Shown: piece by piece, positions 52,437-64,000 of the stretch
Layout of the letters: each line of letters opens with the position of its first letter
How positions within the stretch are numbered: position 1 is the stretch's first letter
NCBI RefSeq assembly: GCF_022539665.2
Contig: NC_081332.1
Coordinates: forward strand, 1,550,001 to 1,614,000
DNA: 64,000 nucleotides
Direction of reading: 5' to 3'
DNA from: Daphnia carinata
Taxonomy: Eukaryota
Position numbers and translations under genes: made by a program
Notes under the pieces: generated by a model
Databases searched by the model: none
Told to the model about the DNA's origin: nothing
What the model saw: only the letters and a program-made list of their open reading frames with translations

Positions 52437-52682
52437 ACAAATCAATATCTAAAACATGTCCAAACTGTACATACACGACGACAAATACAATTTTGCATTC
52501 CCAGATGAAAACAGCAACGATGATATTGAAATTAAGAAAGTTCTGATGTGTTTTGTACACTACGCACAGCTAACATGTGCTATAGGTAAACATCATGTCA
52601 GGGCATTCTTGACAAAAGTGCAGTCGGTGAGCTATATTTGGACAAAGGATCTAAATATGTTTAAACTAGTTAAAATGTTAAA

Positions 52683-52802
52683 TTCTCCAGGCGAGGCTCG
52701 AACTCGCGACCTCGGCATTACTTCTAAACATTTCCAATTCAGTTAGCTCTATCAAATACTGCCTTATAAGTACCATGCGCTAACCAACTGCGCCACTGGA
52801 GA
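52683..52802 (-). tRNA. tRNA-Ile(UAU) with a 46-nt intron
   Basis: UCUCCAG UGGCGCAGUUGGUUAGCGC AUGGUA CUUAUA [intron] AUGCCG AGGUC GCGAG UUCGAGC CUCGC CUGGAGA A. The cloverleaf is complete, A and B boxes are present, and a T4 run lies just downstream. Confidence 0.9.
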
Positions 52803-53020
52803 AGTTTAAATAGAGTTATTCATGTAAGTTTCAATTTCTAATAAATGGTGAAAAATTGGAAAAGAAAATGTAATCCTCACTGTAATTAAAACCAATGAAT
52901 ACAAATGAATAAATTTTGCATTACGGCATCGAACATAAAGTCTTGTATTAAATTATCTTCAGCAATATTTTAGCATCTACCACTTCGAGGGAGCCAGTGG
53001 AGGGTGGTGCAAGTGGAAGC

Positions 53021-53784
53021 TTAATAGGCTGGAGCAGTGTAAGCTGGGGCTTTGTAGGCTGGAGCGGTGTAGGATGGGGCTTTGTAGGCCGGAGCGGTGT
53101 AGGCTGGGGCTTTGTAGGCCGGAGCGGTGTAGGATGGGGCCTTGTAGGCTGGGGCGGTGTAAGCGGGAGCTTTGTAGGCGGGGGCGGTGTAGGCTGGGGC
53201 TTTGTAGGCAGGAGCGGTGTACGCTGGAGCGCTGTATTCGGGAGCTTTGTAAGCTGGGGCAGAGTACGTGTTGTATTTGGACTGGACGTATTCGGGATAC
53301 TTGGCCTCGCCTTCGTACTTGACATCGGCAGTGTAGCCATAGCTATCAGCCTTGTAATTGACGATCTGAGTGCGGCCATCGGGAAGTTGAACGCGGTAAG
53401 ATCCAGTTGTGACTTTGCCATCGCTTCTCTCGGAATGACCGAAATCAGCATAGTATTCATCTTTCACGGTGTACCCAAACTCGTAAGGTTGAGCCTAAAC
53501 AATTCATTTGAATCCCAATTAAAATACAAACTATTAGACAACATTTCCAAATGATAACTTACCTCATAGCTGACTTCTCCGTACGAAGAGGAGTGGTATT
53601 TGGGAGCTTCATATTTAGGAGCCACGTACTTTGGTGCGTATTCGTCGGACCTGTAGGAATCGGCGGCGGCAATAGCGAAGACGGCGGCGAGGATGAAGAA
53701 CTGTTGATACAATAAATTGAATATAATTTCTAGTACAATGCCTGCTGGTGGCAGTTGGAAAGTCAAAACGATGTTTACCTTCAT
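53021..53784 (-). CDS. Cuticle protein A1 (R&R domain, RR-2-like, YKAPAYTAPA repeats), 3 exons
   Basis: MK|FFILAAVFAIAAA..., GSYRVQLPDGRTQIVNYKADSYGYTADVKYEG, and Tyr/Ala/Pro repeats. Confidence 0.92.
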
Positions 53785-54251
53785 TTTGCAGGAGAAGTGA
53801 GTTGCTTGAAACAGTTTGGATGACTGATGCTTTGATTGGCTTCGATAGGTACTTTTATACCGAATTTTGAGAGTGAGAATAATTCAGGGCAATTATGGGG
53901 TATGGCACATTGCCAAGCACAGTTTAAAGAAAAGTGATGGTCTAACTGGATTAGGAGTTATTCTGGAACAAGTCGTTAGGTATGTTGAGCGATAACGGGT
54001 TACTTACGAGCAAAGTTTGTGGCCCTGTGCCATAAATTCATTGCCATGACGAGACTCTGAGTCGGTACGCTGCTTTGTTAAACAAATGATTTCAACCTCA
54101 GTTCTAATTTCAAACGATGACGTTTTTTGAAAGTCGTTGTACAATCAAGTTGATAGTAATCCCTCTTTGATTGGATCGACACTTATTCGGGGAGTGGTTC
54201 ACAAAGCTTAGAGGTACGGTGTTCTCGAAAGTGTACAGTGTGCACGCAATA

Positions 54252-54262
54252 GGGAAAGTCCC
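54252..54262. promoter_or_regulatory. kB-like site GGGAAAGTCCC in the bidirectional cuticle promoter (also at 57322, 60267 and 63509)
   Basis: The reverse complement contains GGGACTTTCC, the canonical NF-kB site. It is identical in all four intergenic spacers. Confidence 0.45.
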
Positions 54263-54557
54263 GTTTTCTAATGGACTTACTTGTTGACCATGAAGATATA
54301 CAGATCGAGATCATCGCCCAAAAATGGTCTAGTGAACTTGTAGTAGAGTTCGTCCTTAAAATGGAACGGTGCAAAACACTTTTCCTTTCTCCATTTTTTT
54401 TGGCATAATCAAACATTTTTCTCATTTATTGAACACAGAAATAAGCAACACACATGCACTACAACAAAGACATCACTCTACGGTATTTAAAGGCGAGCGA
54501 GTAGCTGAAAAGGTATCAGTTACTCAACTGTCTCAAACATTCTACCAGCTTCTCAAC

Positions 54558-55168
54558 ATGCAGGTAAAATTTACTATGCACTCAAACGATTCAATATTAT
54601 TGTTTATAATTCTAACAACATCCCTGTTTCAATATTCAAGTTCTTCGTACTCGCCGCCTTGATCGCTGTCGCCGCAGCCAATTCCGACTATCATGGCTCA
54701 ACTTATCCGACTTCATCTTACAACAGGCCATCTTATTCACCTTCAACTTACGACGTCCAGCACTACGTAAGTCCAATTGCCTTATCTTTCACCCACTCAA
54801 AGCAGTTTCTAAATGAACGATTGCCCCTTCCGTAGGCCCCACAGCCGCACGCTTTCAACTGGGCCGTCAACGATGGTTATGGCAGCGACTACGGCCACAT
54901 TGAGACCAGCGATGGCAAAGTGACAACCGGATCTTACCGTGTTCTGCTTCCCGACGGCCGCACTCAGATCGTCACCTACAAAGCTGATGAATACGGTTAC
55001 ACCGCTGATGTGAAATACGAAGGTGAAGCCAAATACCCCACTTACTCCGCACGTACTTACTCCGCACCAGCTTACTCCGCCCCAGCTTACTCCGCCCCAG
55101 CTTACTCCGCCCCAGTCTACTCCGCCCCAGTCTACAAGACTTCCGCCAATGTTGCCCGTGACTACTAA
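54558..55168 (+). CDS. Cuticle protein B1 (R&R domain, YSAPA repeats), 3 exons
   Basis: MQ|FFVLAALIAVAAA..., GSYRVLLPDGRTQIVTYKADEYGY, ending NVARDY*. Confidence 0.92.
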
Positions 55169-56103
55169 GCCCATGAAAATTCTGAATTTTTATGGCTAAA
55201 AGATGTCCAATGAAATATTTATCATTTAATAAACTATACTGAAGCAAAACTTCAATGCCCTTATTGATTGTCTAGCTCCAAAGAAGGAAAAGTCATAAAT
55301 CATAAAGAAAATTCGATAAATTATTGAGAAACATGAGATTTCGATTGAAACGTGAAGTTAAATTTTTTTGAAGCATAAAGTTAAATGCTTCTTGTAAAAC
55401 AGCCATTGAATGTCTTTGTGGAAACGATAGGTATTGAACGCTTAATACTCAAGTTCAACACAGTGCTTCCCTTTCCTTCTCTTTGGAACCTCTTTTTCTC
55501 ATATGCTTTCAAAAGAAATAAATTGTTATTCGAGCTGGACTTTTAAACCGCTGATCACCTTTACAGCATAGTATTTTGTATTTTAATGGATAACAACCGC
55601 CATTGTTAAAGAGATGTTATTCAGCTGATCAACAATTATCTATGATGAAAAGTTTAATATCCCTCTGTTACAATGTTTAATACTTTCACCCGTCGCAGGA
55701 AACAAACCCGCACACCCTGTATTTAAAGGCCGGTGTCTTATCCTTAAGGCCGCATAGGCTTATGTTATACAAGAGTATATTTGCGCATACAATTCACAAA
55801 ACTAGTCACTGTCTTACAGGCCATATGCTCCAAACATCTGCAACAACGGGAACAAGGTTTGAACTTTCCCTATCAAATCCACTTAATATTCATGTTATTA
55901 TTTCTATTTCTAATGATATAGTTAAAAAGAAGGTTGAAAATAAAATGTGGTCCTTAATTTCAACAGAACTAACGAAATGAAATGAACTAGTTTTGTGTTG
56001 CGGACATCATGTATTAAATTATTTTCAGCAATATTTTAGGTTCTAACATTTTGGGAGCAATGACGGTGGTCACTTAGTAGGCCGAGACAGCGATGGCTGG
56101 AGC

Positions 56104-56861
56104 TTAGTACTCGGGAGCTTCGTATGCTGCAGTGGTGGTTGCTTCATATTCTGGAGCTTTGTAGGCTGGTGCAGGGTAGACGGCGGCTGGGGCCTTGTAG
56201 ACTGGGGCGGAGTAAGCGGGAGCAGAGTACACGGGAGCTTTGTATTGGGGAGCAGAGTACACGGGTGCGGGAGCTTTATAGGCTGGGGCTTTGTAGGCCG
56301 GAGCGCTGTATTCGGGAGCCTTGTAGGCTGGGGCAGAGTAGGTTTTGTATTCCTTCTCGACGTATTCGGGGTACTTGGCCTCGCCTTCGTATTTCACATC
56401 AGCGGTGTATCCGTTGGCATCAGCGCGGTAAGAGACGATCTGGGTGCGGCCATCGGGGAGAGCGACACGGTAAGATCCAGTGGTGACTTTGTCATCGCTT
56501 CTCTCGGAGTGATCAAAATCAGCGTAGTATTCAGCATCTTTCACGGCGTACCCAAACTCGTAAGGTTGAGCCTGAGAAATTCATTCGATTCCGAATTAAA
56601 TACGCAACATTAAAAAAACATTTTCAAATGATAACTTACCTCGTAGCTGACTTCGCCGTATGAAGAGGAGTGGTATTTGGGAGCTTCATATTTAGGAGCC
56701 ACGTACTTTGGTGCGTATTCGTCGGACCTGTAGGAATCGGCGGCGGCAATAGCGAAGACAGCGGCGAGGATGAAGAACTGTCGATACAATAAATTGAATA
56801 TTCATTCTCTTGTTATGATAGCAGGTGGCAATTGAAAATCCAAAGTGTCGTTTACCTTCAT
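56104..56861 (-). CDS. Cuticle protein A2
   Basis: Same exon structure as A1; ends EYEATTTAAYEAPEY*. Confidence 0.92.
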
Positions 56862-57622
56862 TTTGCAGGAGAAGAGAGTTGCTTGAAACAGTTTGAATGA
56901 CTGATGATTTGAGTTGATTCGCTCGCGATATTTATACCGAAACCGTTGAAAGAAAGGAGAGCAGTTGTGGGATGTGGCACATCTGTAAGTATGCTTAGCA
57001 TGAAACGAAAGTAACCGGATTCAAAGGTTGTGCGGCATAAGTGCGTTAGTGGTTGCGAACTTGACTAACAACGGTTGATTTATGGCCATAGTTTCCTACC
57101 ATTTGCTATAAATTCGTAAGTTGCGAATAAAAATAAGTTGCGTGCACTGTTTGACGAACTATTCATTTGACCTCGATTTTTGCGTGAAACGTGTTGAATG
57201 ATATCACTCAACCAAGTTGTTATTACCCCCCACTGGTTGAATCGACACTTGGTCAACGAGTGGGTCAAATTGAAATTTAAGGGTTAGATGTTATGGAAAG
57301 TCTACTATGTAGAACATAATAGGGAAAGTCCCGTTGTTTATCGACTTACTCGTTGAACATGGAGATATGCTGATCAAGACATTGCCCAAAAATGGTCCAG
57401 TGAACCTGTAGCAGTGTTCGTCTTTGAAATGGAAAGGAGCAAAACACTTTTCCTTTCTCCATTTTTTTTTGGCACAATCAAACAATTCGCTCATTTGAAC
57501 ACAGAAATAAGCAACACACATGAAGTACAACAAGGACATCACTCTACGGTATTTAAAGGCGAGCGAGCAGCTGAAAGGGTATCAGTTACTCAACTGTCTC
57601 AAACATTCTCCCACTTCTCAAC

Positions 57623-58200
57623 ATGCAGGTAAAATTGCTTTGCATTCAAACGATTCAATATTATTGTTTATAGTTCTAATAAACCACTATTTAATTCTCA
57701 AGTTCTTCGTACTCGCCGCCTTGATTGCTGTCGCCGCAGCCAATTCCGACTATCATGGCTCAACTTATCCGACTTCATCTTACAACAGGCCATCTTATTC
57801 GCCTTCAACTTACGACGTCCAGCACTACGTAAGTCCCATTGTCTTATCTTTCACCCACTCAAAGCAGATTCTAAACGAACGATTGCCCCATCCGTAGGCC
57901 CCCCAGCCGCACGCTTTCAACTGGGCCGTCAACGATGGTTATGGCAACGACTACTCGCACACTGAGAGCAGCGATGGCAAAGTTACCACCGGGTCTTACC
58001 GTGTGGTCCTCCCCGACGGTCGTGTTCAGATCGTCACCTACAAAGCTGATAGCTACGGATACACTGCTGATGTCAAGTACGAAGGTGAAGCCAAGTACCC
58101 CACTTACTCCGCACGTACTTACTCCGCACCAGCTTACTCCGCACCAGCTTACTCCGCCCCAGCTTACTCCGCCCCAGCTTACTCCGCCCCAGCTTACTAA
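57623..58200 (+). CDS. Cuticle protein B2, with an early TAA; the family tail continues in frame to 58281
   Basis: R&R domain is intact. TAA at 58198-58200 is followed by 26 sense codons ending NVARDY*. Confidence 0.88.
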
Positions 58201-58772
58201 GTTCCAGTTTCCACTGCTTACACTGCTCCCGCAACCGGCCAAGTCTACATGACGTCCACCAACGTTGCCCGCGACTACTAAGCCCACGAAACTGTGAAAT
58301 ATTTACGAATGTCCAATTAAAGATTTATCGTTTAATAAACTATTTCAAAGCAAAAACTACTTGTCCTTATTTGTTGTATTTATTATTTGCTTATTAATAT
58401 AATACTCTCCTAAAATTAGTCGCTTTATCTATTAAGGGAGACGATGGTTCTAACTCTGATTGATTTAACGTCCGAACCAATTTTATGGCACTCAAATCAA
58501 GCATAACAACGATTAGCGTATCATAGCTTTGGATGATTCCAACACATTGAATACTCTATTGGATTATTGAGCAAACTCAATTACTATGAACTATTCATAT
58601 CTTAATCTTAAGTAAACTGTGCCGGTATGACTCGCTTAGAGTTTCGAGCGTTAACGGTTTTGACTCATAACACGATCTGTCTAATTTGTATTAGTAGTTT
58701 TAAATTATTATAGAAACAAAGCAGCGAAATCTTTTATTATCTTGTTGCAAAATCATCAAAATAATCTTAACT

Positions 58773-58889
58773 GTCTCAAGGCTAGCGCCGAACTCGCGAC
58801 CTCGATATTACTAACAATGCCATCTTCATTCGGAACATTTTGTCTTTGTCTTACAAGTACTATGCGCCTAATAACTGCGCCACTGCTGA
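58773..58889 (-). pseudogene. Decayed copy of the intron-containing tRNA-Ile
   Basis: CAGTGGCGCAGTT..GCGCATAGTACTTGTAA..AGTAATATCGAGGTCGCGAGTTCG matches the tRNA at 52.7 kb. The anticodon is changed TAT to TGT and the acceptor and T stems are broken. Confidence 0.8.
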
Positions 58890-59140
58890 CATAAACCGGT
58901 CATATACTAACGCTTCATATGTCCATGATATAGTTGTGATCGTTCAATTTTCTTACGAAATTGTTTAAAGATTTCTTGAAAAAGTCGTCCGTATTTTCAT
59001 CACAACCAATGAAAAAAAAAGTAAACTAGTTATGTCTTGCGGGATCAGGCCTCATGCGGCCGTCATGTATTAAATTATCTGCAGCAATATTTTAGCATAT
59101 AGCATTTAGGGGGAGAAGTGGGAGTGGTGCAAGTGGAAGC

Positions 59141-59846
59141 TTAGTAGGCTGGGGCTTTGTAGGCTGGAGCGGTGTAGGCTGGCGCTTTGTAAGCTGGAGC
59201 GGTGTAGGCTGGGGCTTTGTAGGCTGGAGCGGTGTAGGCTGGGGCTTTGTAGGCTGGAGCGGTGTAGGCTGGGGCTTTGTAAGCTGGAGCGCTGTATTCG
59301 GAAGCTCCGTAAGCTGGGGCAGAGTATGTGTTGTATTTGGACTGGACGTAGTCGGGATACTTGGCCTCGCCAACGTATTTGACATCGGCAGTGTAGCCGT
59401 AGCTGTCAGCTTTGTAAGTGACGATCTGAGTGCGGCCATCGGGAAGTTGAACGCGGTAAGATCCAGTCTTCACTTTGCCATCGCTTTTCTCGGAGTGATC
59501 GAAATCAGCGTAGTATTCACCATCTTTCACGGAGTATCCAAACTCGTAAGGTTGGGGCTAAAAATTCATTTGAATCCCAATTAAAGACGAACTATTAAAA
59601 AACATTCTCATATGATAGCTTACCTCATAGCTGACTTCTCCGTACGAAGAGGAGTGGTATTTGGGAGCCTCATATTTAGGAGCCACGTACTTTGGTGCGT
59701 ATTCGTCGGACCTGTAGGAATCGGCGGCGGCAATAGCGAAGACAGCGGCGAGGATGAAGAACTGTTGGCACAAGAAATCGAATATAAATTCTCTGGTAAT
59801 GATAGTACGTTGCAATTAAAAATTCAGAAGTATTGTTTACCTTCAT
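59141..59846 (-). CDS. Cuticle protein A3
   Basis: Paralog of A1 with YTAPAYKAPA repeats. Confidence 0.92.
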
Positions 59847-60569
59847 TTTGCAGGAGATGGGAGTTGCTTGAAACAGTTTGAATGACTGATGATTTGAGTT
59901 GGCTTGATCACGATATTTATACCGAAGCCGTTGAAAGCAAGGAGAGCAGTTTTGGGATGTGGCACATCTGTAAGTATGCTTAGTACGAAACGAAAGTAAC
60001 TGGATTCAAAGGTTGTTCGGTATAAATGCCTTAGTGGTTGTGAACTTGAGTAACAACGGTTGATTTACGAGCATACTTTATAAAAATGTTCCACAAATTC
60101 TTCGTTTTGTTGTTTCTCTGAGTTGCGTGCACTCTTTGTTCAACTATTGATTTAACCTCGATTGTAGCGTGAAACGTGTTGAATGATATCGCTATGGTCA
60201 ACGAGTGGGTCACATTGAAATTTGAGGGTTAGTTGTTATGGAAAGTCTACTATGTAGAACATTATAGGGAAAGTCCCGTTTTTTAATGGACTTATTCGAT
60301 GACCGTAAAGATATGCTAATCGAGATCACTGTCCACAAATGGTCAAGTGAACCTGTAGCAGTGGTCGGCTTTGAAATTGAAAGGAGCAAAACACTTTTCC
60401 TTTCTCCATTTTTTTTGGCACAATCAAACATTTCGCTCATTTGAACACAGAAATAAGCAACACACATGCAGTACAACAAAGACATCACTCTACGGTATTT
60501 AAAGGCGAGCGAGCAGCTGAAAGGGTATCAGTTACTCAACTGTCTCAAACATTCTACCAACTTCTCAAC

Positions 60570-61163
60570 ATGCAGGTAAAATTTACTTTGCATTCAAACT
60601 ATTCAATATTATTGTTTATAGTTCTAATAAACCACTATTTAATTTTCCAGTTCTTCGTACTCGCCGCCTTGATCGCTGTCGCTGCAGCCAATTCCGACTA
60701 CTCTGGCTCAACTTATCCGACTTCATCTTACAATAAGCCATCTTATTCGCCTTCGACGTACCAGGTCAAGGAATACGTGAGTCCTATTGTTTTATCTTTC
60801 ATCTGCTCAAAGCAGTTTCTAAATGAACGATTGCCCCTTCGATAGGCCCCCCAGCCGCACGCTTTCAAGTGGGCCGTCAACGATGGTTATGGCAGCGACT
60901 ACTCGCACACTGAGAGCAGCGATGGCCAAGTAACCACCGGCACTTACCGCGTCCTCCTTCCCGATGGTCGCACTCAGATCGTTACCTACAGAGCAGACAA
61001 CAACGGATACACTGCTGACGTAAAGTACGAGGGGGAGGCTAAGTACCCCGCTTACTCCGCACCGGCTTACTCCGCACCAGCTTACTCCGCACCGGCCTAC
61101 TCCGCCCCAGCTTACTCCGCCCCAGCCTACAGGGCTCCCGTTAACGTTGCCCGTGACTACTAA
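60570..61163 (+). CDS. Cuticle protein B3
   Basis: GTYRVLLPDGRTQIVTYRADNNGY, ending NVARDY*. Confidence 0.92.
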
Positions 61164-62143
61164 GCCCACGAAAATTCTGAATTTTTAAGGCTAAAAGATG
61201 TCCAATGAAATATTTATCATCTAATAAACTATACTGAAGCAAAACTACAATGTCATTATATATTGTCTAACTCCAAAGGACAAATACTAAAGCATAAAGA
61301 AATTACGTGAATTTTTTTAGAAACATAAGCTTTCTATTAAAACGTGAAATTAAATTTTATTTTGAGGCCTAAACTTAAAAGCTTTTAGTAAAAAAGCAAT
61401 TGACGGTGTCTGTGGAAACGATCGGTATTGGACGCTTAGTATTCTAATTCAACAGAATGCTTCCCATTCCTTCTTTTGAGAATACCAAATGTTTAAGCCT
61501 CTTTTTCGCATATGCTTTCAAAGGAAATGAATTGGTGTTCGATCTAGTCTTTTAAACCGACGTTCAATTTAACAGTATAATATTCTGTAATGAATAACAT
61601 ACCGCTATTGTTAAAGAGATGTTACCCAGCTAATCAACAATTATCTTTGATGAAAAGCTTGATATCCCTCTGTTACAATGTTTAGTCGTTATACCCACCG
61701 CAGGAAAGGATCTGCGTGCCCTGTATTAAAAGACCGGTGCCTTATCGTTTAATCCATTAAGACTAATGTTATATAAGTGTATAATTCCATATTCGATTCG
61801 CAAAACCAATCGCTGTCTTACTGGTAATACGTTCTAAATATCCGCGAACAAAGGGGAGAAGGTTTGACCTTTCAATATCAAACCTACTACCCTTAATATT
61901 TATGTTCTTATTTTCGTATTTCTAATGATATGCTTAAAAAAACCTTTAAAAAATAAAATGTGGTCCTTAATTTCAGCATAACTAACGAAAAGAAGTAAAC
62001 TAGCTTTGTGTTGCGGGATAAGACCTCATGTGGGCATCATGTATTATATTATGTTCAGCAATATTTTAGGTTCTAACATTTTAGGAGCAGTCATGGTGGT
62101 GTAAGTGGGACCTTAGTAGGCAGGGGGAAGCGGTGGATGGAGC

Positions 62144-63050
62144 TCAGTATTCGGGAGCTTCATATGCTGGGGCAGCAGTGGTGGTTGCTTCGTATTCGGG
62201 AGCTTCGTATGCTGGTGCAGGGTAAACGGGAGCAGGGGTAGCAGGAGCTTTGTACTGGGGAGGAGAATAGACGGGTGCGGGAGCTTTGTAGGCTGGGGCA
62301 GAGTAAACGGGAGCTTTGTAGGCTGGGGCAGAGTAGACGGGAGCCTTGTAGGCTGGGGCAGAGTAGACGGGAGCTTTGTAGGCTGGGGCTTTGTAGGCTG
62401 GAGCGGTGTACGCTGGGGCTTTGTAGGCTGGAGCGGTGTAGGCTGGGGCTTTGTAGGCTGGAGCGGTGTAGGCTGGGGCTTTGTAAGCTGGAGCGCTGTA
62501 TTCGGGAGCTCCGTAAGCTGGGGCAGAGTATGTGTTGTATTTGGACTGCACGTAGTCGGGATACTTGGCCTCGCCTTCGTATTTGACATCGGCGGTATAT
62601 CCGTAACTGTCGGCTCTGTAGGTGACGATCTGAGTGCGTCCGTCGGGAAGCAGAACACGGTAAGATCCGGTTGTCACTTTGCCATCGCTTTTCTCGGAGT
62701 GATCGAAATCAGCGTAGTATTCACCATCTTTCACGGAGTATCCAAACTCGTAAGGTTGGGGCTAAACAATTCATTTGAATCCCAATTAAAGACGAACTAT
62801 TAAAAAACATTCTCATATGATAGCTTACCTCATAGCTGACTTCTCCGTACGAAGAGGAGTGGTATTTGGGAGCCTCATATTTAGGAGCCACGTACTTTGG
62901 TGCGTATTCGTCGGACCTGTAGGAATCGGCGGCGGCAATAGCGAAGACAGCGGCGAGGATGAAGAACTGTTGATACAATAAATTGAATATACTTTCTTTT
63001 GTAATGGCAACAGGTGACAATTGAAAATTCAAGGCGTTGTTTACCTTCAT
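62144..63050 (-). CDS. Cuticle protein A4
   Basis: Longest repeat tract of the A genes; ends EYEATTTAAPAYEAPEY*. Confidence 0.92.
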
Positions 63051-63811
63051 TTTGCAGGAGATGGGAGTTGCTTGAAACAGTTTGAATGACTGATGATCTG
63101 AGTTGATTCGTTCGCGATATTTATACCGAACGTTGGAAGAAAGGAGAGCGATTGTGGGACGTGGCACATGTGTAAGTATGCTTAGCACGAAACGAAAGTA
63201 ATCGGATTCAAAGGTTGTTCGGTATAAATGCGTTAATGGTTGTGAACTTGAGTAACAACGGTTGATTTATGGGTATAGCTTCTTACCATTTGCTATAAAT
63301 TCTTCGTTTTGTTGTTTTTCTAACTTACGTGTACTGTTTGTTAAACTATTCATTTAACCTCGATTTTTGCGTGAAACATTTTGAATGAAATCACTCAACC
63401 AAGTTGTTATTACCCCCCCTCGGTTGAATCGAAACTTGGTCAACCAGTGAGTCAAATTGAAATTTGAGGGTTAGATGTTATGGAAAGTCTGCTATGTAGA
63501 ACATAATAGGGAAAGTCCCGTTTTTTAATGGACTTATTCGATGACCATGGAAAGATCCTGACCGAGAGCGTCACCCGAAAATGGTCTTCTGAACCTGTAG
63601 TAGAGTTCGTTGCAAATGGAAAGGAGCAAAACACTTTTCCTTTCTCCATTTTTTTTGGAATAATCAAATATTTCTTTCATATGAACACAGAAAAAAACAA
63701 CACACATGAAGTACAACAAAGGCCATCGCTCTACAGTATTTAAGGACGAGTGAACAGCAGAAAAGGTATCAGTTACTCAACTGTCTCAAAACGTTCTACC
63801 AACTTCTCAAC

Positions 63812-64000
63812 ATGCAGGTTAAATTTACTGTGCATTCAAACGACTAACGATTACTGTTTATAGTTCTAATAATATCCCTGTTTCAATATTCCAGTTCTTC
63901 GTAGTCGCCGCCTTGATCGCTGTCGCCGCAGCCACTCCCGTCTACCCTGGCTCAACTTATCCGACTTCATCTTACAATAGGCCATCTTATTCACCTTCGA
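63812..64000 (+). CDS. Cuticle protein B4 (5' part, truncated by the window end)
   Basis: ATG CAG|gt..ag|FFVVAALIAVAAA..GSTYPTSSYNRPSYSPS, as in B1-B3. Confidence 0.85.

Larger units (their letters stand above)
52683..64000. repeat. Nested tandem duplication: ~3-kb head-to-head A/B pair x4, grouped as two ~6.1-kb units each starting with a tRNA-Ile copy
   Basis: The intergenic promoters repeat four times. The 3' flank of B1 (55170-56050) matches the 3' flank of B3 (61165-62080). The tRNA and pseudo-tRNA lie about 6.09 kb apart. Confidence 0.88.

Noticed and set aside
53030..53240. Regular 15/30-bp tandem repeats that might suggest a CRISPR array
   Set aside because: There are no unique spacers, the repeats are protein-coding, and the context is eukaryotic with no cas genes.
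52948..62658. Long Gly/Trp-rich or Pro/Thr/Gln-rich ORFs in alternative frames and strands over the cuticle genes
   Set aside because: They are shadow frames of the YKAPA/YSAPA codon repeats and have no independent start or splice signals.

Overview
This is eukaryotic, gene-dense, AT-rich DNA with very short (about 60-80 nt) GT-AG introns. The gene-family content suggests a branchiopod crustacean such as Daphnia (inference only). In order, the window holds: the 3' part of a clan-4-like cytochrome P450; a membrane-anchored CLCA-like gene (+) whose HExxH is changed to RExxH; an orphan single-pass membrane protein; three intronless divergent ionotropic receptors plus a relic of a fourth; two tandem alpha-1,4-glycosyltransferases (GT32) flanking an intronless ORF that looks like PUR-alpha repeats fused to a phage-like domain; an animal heme peroxidase; an intronless VAMP-like gene; an orphan secreted mucin-like gene; three GH5 endo-beta-1,4-mannanases; a second CLCA-like gene (-) with intact HExxH; two intronless proline-rich ORFs; an RNase P RNA apparently inside an intron of a TATA-driven, probably non-coding, spliced host; an RR-1 cuticle protein; an intron-containing tRNA-Ile(UAU) plus a decayed copy; and four head-to-head pairs of cuticle-protein genes arranged as two ~6.1-kb units. 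The best leads are the PUR/phage-like chimera (26.6-27.4 kb) and the intronic RNase P RNA with its putative non-coding host (50.3-51.3 kb). All family assignments come from recognising motifs by eye; no searches were run.
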